A DNA stretch of 64,000 bases from an uncultured Candidatus Saccharibacteria bacterium (GTDB lineage: Bacteria; Patescibacteriota; CAZHWT01): NCBI GenBank assembly GCA_964597145.1, contig CAZQWH010000001.1:102441-166440 (forward strand). Direction: 5' to 3'. Within the stretch, counting starts at the first letter, position 1. Each line of letters opens with the position of its first letter. Of this stretch, positions 31,006-40,059 are shown piece after piece. A program made the translations under genes and the position numbers. The notes beneath the pieces were generated by a model. It worked only from the letters and a program-made list of their open reading frames with translations, searched no databases and had not been told where the DNA came from.

Positions 31006-31028
31006 GTTGGCCCGGGAAAGGCAACTCC

Positions 31029-31661
31029 ATGGCCAAGCAAACTCCCTATGTATCCCTTCCAAACATCCCAATAACGAGCCTTTTAGACCAGATGGTCAAC
31101 AACACGCAATCTAATCCGGTACGCAATGCCCTAGCCCTAGCTCTGGAATGGCATGCCGGTCAGAAGCGCAAGGGAAACGGGCAATCATATGTCGTTCACC
31201 CCATTCAGGTGGCTCTGCGGTTGGCTCAAGCTGGTTTTGACACCGAAACCGTCGCCGCTGGATTAGGCCACGATTTACTCGAAGATACCAACTGTCCACC
31301 TCAAACGATTGGCGATTTGTGTGGCAGCCGAGTATTAACCATTATCCAATCAGTCAGCCAGGATCCCAACTTGCAAAGCTTAGTCGACTGGGAGAAAAAG
31401 AAACAAAAGTACGTCGAGTCGGTCCGAAACGGGCCAGTTGAAGCCAAAGCGGTCTGTTGCGTTGATAAAATTTGCAACTTGCAAGACTTATTGGTGACGC
31501 ATTCCCAGATTGGTTCAGCCGTCTGGCAGCAATTTAACCGAGGTAAAGAGCAAAAGGCATGGTTTGAGCAGCAAGTGCTAATCATGCTGCAGCAAACGTG
31601 GGATCATCCTCTCATAGCTGAGTATGCTCAGCTCGTCAAGTTAGAAGAAACTTTAGATTAA
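31029..31661 (+). CDS. RelA/SpoT-type HD hydrolase (small alarmone hydrolase/Mesh1-like)
   Basis: HAGQKRK...YVVHP, AAGLGHDLLEDT, DKICN. Confidence 0.85.
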   Translation: MAKQTPYVSLPNIPITSLLDQMVNNTQSNPVRNALALALEWHAGQKRKGNGQSYVVHPIQVALRLAQAGFDTETVAAGLGHDLLEDTNCPPQTIGDLCGSRVLTIIQSVSQDPNLQSLVDWEKKKQKYVESVRNGPVEAKAVCCVDKICNLQDLLVTHSQIGSAVWQQFNRGKEQKAWFEQQVLIMLQQTWDHPLIAEYAQLVKLEETLD

Positions 31662-31754
31662 TTCATTTGCCTATGACTCAGGCTTTCTCTAGCACCGATC
31701 GTATGCTATAGTTCCAAAAAACGGAGAGATAGATACACCAAGAAAGGGTTGAGC

Positions 31755-32006
31755 ATGAAAAACTGGCTTGCCGGCTTGCCGGTGTATGCCATGGCACTAT
31801 TTGCTGTGGCCATCGGATTTCGCCTGTTTGGAAATGTGGGCAGTGCTCACCTCCTCTCATCATTAGGATGTATTCCCCCCACTGCCCATTGTTGGTTGAC
31901 CTATGCTTCAGGAAAGAATGAGTTCTCATCTGGAATACCAGTCTTACCAATCGCGATTTACGTCACGGTCTTGGCCATCATCTACCCGATGGTCGTTACG
32001 GCATAG
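31755..32006 (+). CDS. Small membrane protein (ORFan)
   Basis: Two hydrophobic segments; terminator at 32040. Confidence 0.5.
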   Translation: MKNWLAGLPVYAMALFAVAIGFRLFGNVGSAHLLSSLGCIPPTAHCWLTYASGKNEFSSGIPVLPIAIYVTVLAIIYPMVVTA

Positions 32007-32039
32007 CCAGCAAATTAAAGCTCGCCCCATTTTTTCTAC

Positions 32040-32066
32040 ACCTCGCCTAAAACATGGCGGGGTTTT
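32040..32066 (+). terminator. CCCCGCC/GGCGGGG-family terminator
   Basis: acctcgcc-taaaacat-ggcggggt-ttt. Confidence 0.7.
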
Positions 32067-32187
32067 CATCATTGTTGATTTAAAATTATATTATAAGCCT
32101 ATAGTTGTAATTATTCTTATTTTATGCTATAGTAACGGTCGAAAATTCGTGGTGCCGACAGCGAGCGGTTAAGCAAGGGAGAGTAGC

Positions 32188-32949
32188 ATGGTCTCAGCGC
32201 TTCGGAATTACGGCTGGGTGGTCGTCACCCTAGCCACCATGACGTTGTCCTACTTCGCCTACATCTACTTTTATCAGTGGATGGGCTACGAACCTAATGC
32301 CGTTACTCTGGCGGGGATGCTGTTGATCAGCATCTCGCTTCACGAGTTCGGCCATTGGCTCGTGATGCAAGAGTATGGCTTGCGGCCATACCTGGTCATC
32401 CTGGTTGTAATCGGCGCTGCTGCGCCGCGTGATACCGAGGCCTATGATCGATTGAATCGTCGTCAGCTAGCGACGATTTTGCTCATGGGTCCCATGGCTA
32501 ACTTCGTTTTGGTGATAGCCGGTCTATGTATGGCCAACTACACCGAGTGGGTGGCCTACGGCAACGCCTTGGCTAGCATTAACGCGGCGCTGATCGTCTT
32601 CAACCTCCTGCCGTTCGGCTGGCTGGATGGTGGGCAGTTCGCCAAGTTGCTGTTCGACAGTGTCAACGAGGTTACCGATCGCCGCATTTCGCTGATCGGC
32701 ACGGGCATCGCCGCCCTAATCGCCACCGTCGCCGTAGCCACCGGCTACTTCAGCCTTTACCCGGCACTGATGGTAATGGGCTTGCTGCGAGCGAGCAGCA
32801 AGGACAACCCCATAGCCTGGCGCGAATCTCGGTCTATGAGCTCCAATCGGAGCTGGACCATGTTTGCGATCTGGATCTTGATGTGGGGTGCCAGCTTGGC
32901 CCTCTACATATACCTCCCCTCCTGGGAGGCTCAGTATCCGCACAGCTAA
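32188..32949 (+). CDS. Site-2 protease (peptidase M50)
   Basis: LHEFGH, MGPMANF, FNLLPFGWLDGG. Confidence 0.9.
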   Translation: MVSALRNYGWVVVTLATMTLSYFAYIYFYQWMGYEPNAVTLAGMLLISISLHEFGHWLVMQEYGLRPYLVILVVIGAAAPRDTEAYDRLNRRQLATILLMGPMANFVLVIAGLCMANYTEWVAYGNALASINAALIVFNLLPFGWLDGGQFAKLLFDSVNEVTDRRISLIGTGIAALIATVAVATGYFSLYPALMVMGLLRASSKDNPIAWRESRSMSSNRSWTMFAIWILMWGASLALYIYLPSWEAQYPHS

Positions 32950-32996
32950 ATCGTGCGCGACAGTTGTCTGAATAAACTTCGACAGCCGCGCTCGTT

Positions 32997-33025
32997 ACCC
33001 CGCCTGAAACATGGCGGGGTTTTTC
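32997..33025 (+). terminator. CCCCGCC/GGCGGGG-family terminator
   Basis: accccgcc-tgaaacat-ggcggggt-tttt. Confidence 0.8.
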
Positions 33026-33144
33026 TTTAGATTGACAAGATGTTTGGCCCTCACTATGCTAAAAGGTATGAGCGGCCAAACCTAGCTAGGTCGATAATGG
33101 GTTTGCAAAAGAGAAAACGAATAGTAATAAGTAGGGGGTACGCA

Positions 33145-33507
33145 ATGCCGGTAACGACAGTAAATGAATATTTACAAGCAGTTCCAGCGCAATCACAGGC
33201 ATATTTAGATCAGCTACGCGCTATAGTTAAAGCGGAAGCACCCGAGGCGACCGAGGTAATTAGCTATGGCATTCTAGGCTACAAACTTCCGCAGATTAAT
33301 CGGGCGTTTGCCTATGTTTCTGGATTTACCAACCACGTTAGTATTTACCCAATCCCCGCCAATGTACCAGCCAATATTGCAATAGCCATAAAACCATACA
33401 TTGCCGGCAAAGGCACGCTCAAATTTAAGCTAGATCAACCATTGCCCCAGGAGCTTGCTCAAAAAGTTATTCAGGCGTTATATCGTCAAGCCAAAGTAGG
33501 GCCTTAA
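33145..33507 (+). CDS. DUF1801 (YdhG-like) protein
   Basis: TVNEYL...LRAIVKAEAPEATEVISYG, HVSIYP, KGTLKF..DQPLP. Confidence 0.85.
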   Translation: MPVTTVNEYLQAVPAQSQAYLDQLRAIVKAEAPEATEVISYGILGYKLPQINRAFAYVSGFTNHVSIYPIPANVPANIAIAIKPYIAGKGTLKFKLDQPLPQELAQKVIQALYRQAKVGP

Positions 33508-33540
33508 ACAGGGGACGATGGTAGATAGTACCAATCACAA

Positions 33541-34893
33541 TTAGTCTGATTTGGCTGTTTGGTTTTGAATCCCTACGGCCGAAATAATTCCACCCAGCAA
33601 TAACAGGCCAGCTGTCACTAAAAGACTACGGTGAAAACCACTAACATCGAGCGATGTCCCTATAATCACACCAATAGTTGCAATAGCCAGTAGTCCAGCA
33701 ATCCGAGACACGGCGTTATTAATTGCCGAACCAATCCCAGCCTGCTCATAGCTAATAGCATCCAAAACAGCGGTGGTGAGGGGTGCAACGGTTATAGATA
33801 GGCCGACAGCAAAAAGTATAATACCCGGCAGCAAGGCAACGTAGTCAACCGACTGATCCACGCCCAGCATAGTCATAAAACCAATCGAGCCCACAATCGG
33901 TCCGGCGGCCATAAACCAACGCGGACCATACCGGCCAGCCAGTGTCCCAAATCGAGAAGATAAAAAGAACATAATAATAGTAATCGGTATCAGTGTCAGC
34001 CCGGCTTGGGTGGCAGAGTAACCGCCAACTTGTTGCACAAAGATCGAAATGATAAAAGTAGCCAGCGATAAACCAGCATAGATCAGCAACGTTGCTAGAT
34101 TGCCAACCCAAAAATTGCGATGAGCAAATAAGCCTAACGGTAGCATCGGTTGAGGTGTGTGCTTTTCTTGCCAGCCAAATGCGAATAAAGATAGCGCACC
34201 AACGGTAAAAGGCATATAAATGAGTGGGTGCAACCACCCGTAATGCGATTGCTCAATCAGGGCAAAAACAACGCCACCCAACCCAACCACGCATAGCAAC
34301 GCTCCCCCTAGGTCAAGTTTTATCCGCTTGTGTACCAAAGGGTCTAATTGGATCTGCCTCAGTAACCACAAGGTGATGACTACGGGAAGAGTATTAATAG
34401 CAAAAATCCAGCGCCACGAACCTGCATCCACCAGCAAACCGCCAACCAATGGCCCAACAATAAAAGCAATACCCGTCCACCCCGTCCACGTTCCAATAGC
34501 TTTTGCTCGCAACTGACCAGTAAAGGCCGAAATAATAAAAGCTAAAGAGCTAGGCACTAAAATAGCTCCGGCTACTCCCTGGAGAGTGCGGGAAACAATT
34601 AAAAACTCTGCTATCGGCGCAACCGCACACAGCAACGAGGTTACACCAAAGCCGAGCAAGCCAAGTATCAGCATACGCTTACAGCCCCACAAATCAGAGA
34701 GCGAGCCGGCAATCAACATGAAAGCCCCCAGACTAATCAGGTAAGCATCTACCACCCATTGCTGGATAGAGAGATTACCACTAAATTCATCAGCGATTGC
34801 TGGGAGGGCCACATTAACTACCGACCCATCTAAAAAGGCAATAAACGACGCCAAAATGCTCACCCACAACACGAGTTTTTGTTGTGTATCCAT
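33541..34893 (-). CDS. MFS drug transporter (DHA2/EmrB-QacA type)
   Basis: [29 protein letters not shown]; about 14 TM helices; leaderless start. Confidence 0.92.
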   Translation of the reverse strand: MDTQQKLVLWVSILASFIAFLDGSVVNVALPAIADEFSGNLSIQQWVVDAYLISLGAFMLIAGSLSDLWGCKRMLILGLLGFGVTSLLCAVAPIAEFLIVSRTLQGVAGAILVPSSLAFIISAFTGQLRAKAIGTWTGWTGIAFIVGPLVGGLLVDAGSWRWIFAINTLPVVITLWLLRQIQLDPLVHKRIKLDLGGALLCVVGLGGVVFALIEQSHYGWLHPLIYMPFTVGALSLFAFGWQEKHTPQPMLPLGLFAHRNFWVGNLATLLIYAGLSLATFIISIFVQQVGGYSATQAGLTLIPITIIMFFLSSRFGTLAGRYGPRWFMAAGPIVGSIGFMTMLGVDQSVDYVALLPGIILFAVGLSITVAPLTTAVLDAISYEQAGIGSAINNAVSRIAGLLAIATIGVIIGTSLDVSGFHRSLLVTAGLLLLGGIISAVGIQNQTAKSD

Positions 34894-34992
34894 ATAGTTC
34901 ACTATACTCCCAGTCACCAGATACAGCTAGGACGGAATAATTTGACACTAGAAGGACTGCATCCCTATACTGAGGCCAGAAGACTGCCTGCT

Positions 34993-35562
34993 ATGGAATC
35001 AATTGATATCCCTCCTAAATATAAATACGCGGGAACCACCCCGCCTTCAAAATTAGCTGTTTTTCTCAAGCAGCGCTGGATGCTGGTAACCAGCTTAATA
35101 ATCTGCGCGGTAATTGCTTTAAGTCTTGGCACAATCGTCTGGGTTTTGGCTCAACCAGCCCCCGAATCCTCGCACCGAAGCACCATTAACCCACCTACGC
35201 CAACGCCAACTGTTAGACCTTCAGCAACCCCAACTCCGACGCCAAGCCCTACGCCAACCCCAACCCCGACATTAACTCCCACTCCCACCCCAACTCCGTC
35301 GCCAACCCCTACCCTCAACGCCAATATTACGCCATACACAGCAGCCGACTGCAGTGGAGCTAAACAGGTGTATATTTCTAATCCCCATGGTGCACCTGCT
35401 TCAATCCAGCCTCCAGGCAGCTGGCACACCGTCCGAACCTACGAGTATGGTCAAAAAATAACCGTTTTCTGCCAGATTGGCACCACCGATTATGCGCCAG
35501 AGTATGCTCTGGTTAATGACACCTATATTGCCACTTCCGACCTATCCACCACCAAACCGTAG
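34993..35562 (+). CDS. Membrane-anchored protein with long (TP)n linker
   Basis: TTGACA-18-TATACT promoter; TM helix; TP repeats; small C-terminal domain with 2 Cys. Confidence 0.75.
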   Translation: MESIDIPPKYKYAGTTPPSKLAVFLKQRWMLVTSLIICAVIALSLGTIVWVLAQPAPESSHRSTINPPTPTPTVRPSATPTPTPSPTPTPTPTLTPTPTPTPSPTPTLNANITPYTAADCSGAKQVYISNPHGAPASIQPPGSWHTVRTYEYGQKITVFCQIGTTDYAPEYALVNDTYIATSDLSTTKP

Positions 35563-35589
35563 TTGGTAGAGAGTAGACCCTCCCTCCCC

Positions 35590-36162
35590 ATCATTCCCGC
35601 GCCCTAAGCCCTGAGCAGAGTCGAAGAGAAAGCGGAAATGACAATATAAGTACCAAAGGCCTGACCCCTAAAACGTATATACGCCCGTATATACGTTGGC
35701 CAAAATAACTCAGATAAATGATGGAAGGGTAGTGTGTAGGGTGGGATAGGAAACTAGAAGGCAGAAGGCAGAAGGCGGGATGATTAAATACAAAATTAGA
35801 AATTCGAAATGAGAAACAAATCACAAGCTCGAAATCACAAACACTAACCAAAAACCCGATATACGATATACGATCTTCGAATCCCTCCCGTCATCTCGCC
35901 TGTCCGCCTCTGGCGGAAGCAACCGCGTGGCGATCTTCTCTTTCTCATCAAGATAGCCACAGTCGCTAGTACTTCTTATTCAAGCCTAATCCTTCAACCA
36001 TGAGCTTGAGACTGTCAAATGGGCGATGAACCCACGAGAGATCAGAGTCCAATGGCTTCGCAATACCGCATCCCGCATCCTGTATCCCGACACCCGACAC
36101 CCGACACCCGACACCCCTCCCGTCATTCTGGAACGAAGCGTAGCGAAGAGATAGAATCCCTC
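35590..36162. repeat. Dense REP/heptamer repeat cluster (repeat X copy 35782-35935; repeat Y copy 35977-36162)
   Basis: GTCAT REP units, (agaaggc)n, (ccgacac)n; homology to 27823-27956 and 42105-42384. Confidence 0.8.
35672..35720 (-). other. Box + double-palindrome element, copy 3
   Basis: Minus strand catttatctGAGttatt then acgtatatacgg gcgtatatacgt 15 bp after the first G of GAG. Confidence 0.75.
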
Positions 36163-36213
36163 CACTATGCACCGCTCAAAGTCCACCTCACCTGATAGCC
36201 ATGTTAAAAGATA

Positions 36214-36260
36214 TATACAGAGATAAATACAAAGAATTATATAATTAATTATATAATTAA
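36214..36260 (+). other. Box + double-palindrome element, copy 4
   Basis: tacaGAGataaat then aattatataatt aattatataatt at +15. Confidence 0.75.
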
Positions 36261-36467
36261 ATTTACTGAATAATTTGCATCAAAATTACTCCTTTAGGCT
36301 CAAAAGAAGTACTAGGGTAGCATCAATTAACCCCAGCAACGAGCAAGACGAGAACCGTCCTAAATTACGACAAAAAGACTTATAGTATATTCTTGGAGGT
36401 AAAAATATGGTATGATTACAATTACAAGCGAGTGGCCATTTGTTCGTTGACCTGGGAGAGAAGCACG

Positions 36468-36746
36468 ATGGTGGGAATCATTGCGATTTCGGATGAAACA
36501 ACCGAAATTTTGCAAGAGTTTCGCGACAAGTTCGACCAACTCAATCAGCCAGTCGGTATCGATATTAGCGCTGACCAGTTGCTGGAGCAGATTGCAGCCA
36601 TAAACACGCTGCGTAGGCAAGTCGATGACTGGAATATAGAGCAGCTCGATCAATGTAATCAGGCCGATGCCATGATTGCGTCGAGTGATCTGCTAGAGAT
36701 CATCGAGGCCGCCATCAACGACCGGTACGACATTTTGGCTGGCTAA
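36468..36746 (+). CDS. Acidic hypothetical protein (ORFan)
   Basis: GGAG RBS; terminator at 36775-36803. Confidence 0.6.
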   Translation: MVGIIAISDETTEILQEFRDKFDQLNQPVGIDISADQLLEQIAAINTLRRQVDDWNIEQLDQCNQADAMIASSDLLEIIEAAINDRYDILAG

Positions 36747-36889
36747 CAGGCAACTAACTTGTCCGGCTTAAACCAAGCCCTGCCGTTTTAGGCGGGGCTT
36801 TTTGCTTTTTACCTACGTACGTATTTGAATTACCTAAACCTGCATTTTATAATTGACCAGAATGGCGTAGGCACTATAGGAGAGCCACC

Positions 36890-37285
36890 ATGAGCCTTAA
36901 GCACAAGTCCATTCATTCCGGATGGAAGCGGCAAAACGCAGAGACTAAACAGTCGCCAACCAAGGCCAAGCAAAGCCAACTCCAGCGTCTAGAGAGCCAG
37001 TCACTCGTGCTTTACTGTAGGCCCGATACCATATCCAACCAAGATTGGCAACGAATCGAAGCCTGGATACGGCAGACCGTGCCATGCCCTGGACACAGGC
37101 TTCAGGTACTCATCTATATTTGCACCTGTCGGCAGTCGCCTAAGCCTCTTCAGCTGCGGTTAACCCACGAATTAGCCGGGATAAACGCCAACCAGCGGTC
37201 CCGAGTCAGCTTGCGCCAGCATAACCACCAGAACCAGCTGGTGCGGCTGGAAATTATTCTACGTCAAACCGTGCGCCTGGCTTAA
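36890..37285 (+). CDS. Basic hypothetical protein (ORFan) upstream of the structured RNA region
   Basis: TTGAAT-17-TATAAT (36825-36853), AGGAG RBS; stop codon lies inside a perfect 24-bp palindrome (37272-37295). Confidence 0.65.
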   Translation: MSLKHKSIHSGWKRQNAETKQSPTKAKQSQLQRLESQSLVLYCRPDTISNQDWQRIEAWIRQTVPCPGHRLQVLIYICTCRQSPKPLQLRLTHELAGINANQRSRVSLRQHNHQNQLVRLEIILRQTVRLA

Positions 37286-37311
37286 GCCAGGCGCATCCCG
37301 TCTTTTAATTA

Positions 37312-37937
37312 ATAGCAGGAGTTACGAAACTATTCTTCAGTAGCAGTCATGCTGGAGCCAAAGGTGATAGCTCTCTCATGAGAGCTGTAGGGGGATCCTA
37401 GGTGTTAAAGCACGAGCCGGTGCGCGTCTATTAAATACGCTATGCTCCAGAATGACCACATCTGGAATATTGTAGTTATCTCTGCATCAGTTTCGTAATC
37501 CAAGCTAGTGCGTAACTATTCATGATTCCCAATAAAATCATCTAAAGTAATGCTTTGTTGTTGAACGAGGGAATAGTGTTTGGTAGAGTAGAAAAACTCG
37601 TGGATAGATTCACGCGACGAGCCGGAATGGATCGCCAAAAGGCTGACCACCGAACCCATGTTCGTGATGATTTCCTCGAGTTAGGGGATGGGGTGGCGGT
37701 ACGCTGCCAGCATGCGTCTAAGAGCCGAAGCTCGAATAGGGTAGAAGCCCAACCAACCGTGCGTTGGTAGATACTACCACCCTTCCCCGTATCGGGGGAC
37801 GCTGGGCGACCAGCTAACCTCGGGGGTGGATAACCTCCATCCAAGGTCTGTGCTCCAGCCGATCAGCCTAGCTGATTTAGGGTAGCAGACCACCACCCCG
37901 GTACCCATGAGGTTCCGGGGTGATTTTCTTTCTTTTT
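37312..37937 (+). ncRNA. Putative large structured non-coding RNA(s), class unassigned
   Basis: More than 15 nested helices seen by eye with G-U pairs consistent with the + strand; no credible ORF; terminator at 37894-37937. Confidence 0.55.
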
Positions 37938-38091
37938 ACAAATTAGCAAGCCACGTAAGGGTCTCTTTGATGCATTGAACGACTAACTATAATTCATTGA
38001 GTAAATCCACACTTGGTTGACAAGTAATCAGCTCAGGTTTAAACTCCGAAAAAGCTTCAGAAACTCGACGTTACCCAGGAGAAAGAGACTC

Positions 38092-38661
38092 ATGAGCAAA
38101 CAACCGCCGCCGATTAACCTGCTTAATCTGGCCGAAGAGTTTGCGATGGCCATAAGTTTACTACCCGGTTTTGAGTCGTGTACGGAAGGCCAGTGGGAAG
38201 AAGCTGACCAAGAAGTGTTCCCCACCGTGACGACAGCTCAATTTGGGTATGTTGAGGATGTACAGATCAGTGTGGCGCAAACTAGGATGGGTGGTACTCA
38301 GATTAGTTTTGTACTAGACCATCCCATAGACGAGGATGATTTTCTGGTTGGAGTGACTTGGCGGTATCATTCGATCAGTCAAGTTGACCTTGATACAGAC
38401 ACGGTGCAATTGCCCGTTCGCCTTCGGATTGAGGGCAACTACGAGGCTTTATTGGCTCATGATGCTATGTTGCGGGCAATTAGGCTAACCGATGATTTGT
38501 TGTCGGGGTTGCTGCTGAATGATGCCAAAACTATTCTTAGCAGCCCGATGCTCGACCCGCAAAAAGGAGACATGAATCAGAATATAAACTGGGGGCTTTC
38601 CCCAGCAGAGCAACGGCACTTTTTCTTTAGCTTTTACACACGGTTGGCGACAGTGGTGTAG
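38092..38661 (+). CDS. Hypothetical protein (ORFan)
   Basis: 189-aa acidic ORF; terminator at 38708-38735. Confidence 0.6.
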   Translation: MSKQPPPINLLNLAEEFAMAISLLPGFESCTEGQWEEADQEVFPTVTTAQFGYVEDVQISVAQTRMGGTQISFVLDHPIDEDDFLVGVTWRYHSISQVDLDTDTVQLPVRLRIEGNYEALLAHDAMLRAIRLTDDLLSGLLLNDAKTILSSPMLDPQKGDMNQNINWGLSPAEQRHFFFSFYTRLATVV

Positions 38662-38934
38662 CTTGCCGGTGCCCCTTAATGAGCTTTGAAGCGCAGCAGT
38701 CTTTTGGCCCCCGTTGGGAACAACGGGGGATTTTTATGCGTTATAACGTACAATTTTATTCCTTAAATAGGAGAACTGTAGTTTTATAATGTGAAATCCA
38801 GGAAATGTTCTAAAAATGATTCAGGCCAGCCAAACAGTGATTTTCACTGTCGGGCTGGCCTTTGTGTATCTGACTAGGCTCGATTTTGGAGTCTAGCTAG
38901 ACGTGCGTGCGCATTTTGCGCGTTAGTGTTGTCT

Positions 38935-39975
38935 CTATCCTTCTGGTTTAGTCGCCTCCTCGGTTGGAACCGGATTAGCTTGGGTGTTGGGGATAGACAC
39001 CCCCACCTTGCCAGTATCACCCACAACGACGGTGCAATTGGCACCGGCCTGAACACAAGCCTCAACAGTGTTCAGATTGCCCAAGACTTCCTCGGTATTT
39101 TCCCCGTAGAGGATATGGGCACTGTCGTAGTTCATCTGATTGAGCACCAATCGTCCGGCTGGAGTCTGATACTCATCCGGGGCCACCATCACCGATGTAA
39201 TATCGACTCTGATGTCAGCACAGATGAACTTGTTATCATCGCCTTCGCCAGGACGATCAGGGTGCTGCCAACCCGAAGTGTGGGAACCGCAGATGATATC
39301 GGTATCAAATCCCAGTGTCGTTCGCAGCTCGGCCGCAAAGTTCGTAGAGATTTGATCCTCCAGCAGTTCGATCTGCTCCAGGGAGTTCTTGTACCAAATG
39401 TCATCACTGACATGAAGCATCCCCTTGTTGGCTGCTCCCAAGATAGCGTAGGTAAAGTTCTCCACTATGAATCCACTCCAGCCGACCGTCGCAAAGTTCT
39501 GATTCTGCGCGGCTGGGTCATACGCCTCAGGGCTGGCGCAGGTGTATTTCAGGCACTGTTCCCAAAAGTCCTCCATGGCCGCCCGGTCTTGATTGAGCAT
39601 CCAGTAAATGCCGCCGGTGATGAAGAAGTTGACGCCACTTTGAGAGGTGACCAGCAATGGCTTGTGGTAATCTCCGATGCGAATGCCATCGAGGTAGTAC
39701 TCGTCACCGTTGTTGAAGAGAAAGTTCCGGCCGTTACAATAGACGAACCAAGAATCTTCGCCATCGTCAACGGTGTAGTTGTCATCGTTGGGATAGACGA
39801 CATCATGGATGTTGCCATCATCACCGCCTTTGCTATCTCCAACAATGTAAACACAATTAGCTGGCGGCGCGCCTTCGCTGGCCGCAACCGGGTTGCTACA
39901 AGCAGAGAGTGACATCAAGACCAGCAACAGGATGCTGATCACTTTGTAACGTCGAGGCAGAAGTGTCCGTTTCAC
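38935..39975 (-). CDS. Lipoprotein, possibly SPFH/band-7-like
   Basis: AGGAG RBS, GTG start, lipobox LSAC; family call from recalled similarity only; terminator at 38823-38861. Confidence 0.6.
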   Translation of the reverse strand: MKRTLLPRRYKVISILLLVLMSLSACSNPVAASEGAPPANCVYIVGDSKGGDDGNIHDVVYPNDDNYTVDDGEDSWFVYCNGRNFLFNNGDEYYLDGIRIGDYHKPLLVTSQSGVNFFITGGIYWMLNQDRAAMEDFWEQCLKYTCASPEAYDPAAQNQNFATVGWSGFIVENFTYAILGAANKGMLHVSDDIWYKNSLEQIELLEDQISTNFAAELRTTLGFDTDIICGSHTSGWQHPDRPGEGDDNKFICADIRVDITSVMVAPDEYQTPAGRLVLNQMNYDSAHILYGENTEEVLGNLNTVEACVQAGANCTVVVGDTGKVGVSIPNTQANPVPTEEATKPEG

Positions 39976-40059
39976 GTTGTTACTCCTGTGATTTATGCGC
40001 ACCGCAGTTGCGGCTAGACTACCGGAAAAACGATCGCGAATACCTCCCTTCGTGCCGAC

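Noticed and set aside
35190-35320. Periodic ACNCCN repeats (also 5500-5575)
   Set aside because: They simply encode Thr-Pro linkers of surface proteins.
35872-35892. TTCGAATCCC resembling a tRNA T-loop (also 27872-27882 on the minus strand)
   Set aside because: No cloverleaf; it is part of dispersed repeat X. No tRNA or rRNA genes were found in the window.
37271-37450. Group II intron-like GTGCG start and GAGCCG (domain V-like) motif
   Set aside because: No proper domain V helix, no domain VI or AY end, and no reverse transcriptase ORF.
37720-37830. Resemblance to the c-di-AMP (ydaO) riboswitch (GCCGAA ... CAGCTAACCTCG)
   Set aside because: The central GGAGGAAC and GGGG..AAUC elements are missing, so only short motifs match; needs cmscan.
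38926-39912. 328-aa + strand ORF
   Set aside because: Antisense shadow of the lipoprotein gene, which has an RBS and lipobox; the shadow has no recognisable motifs.
39976-40003. GGTGCGCATAA on the minus strand, identical to the E. coli dif XerC arm
   Set aside because: No XerD arm (TTATGTTAAAT) at the required 6-bp spacing; that position is the gene's RBS.
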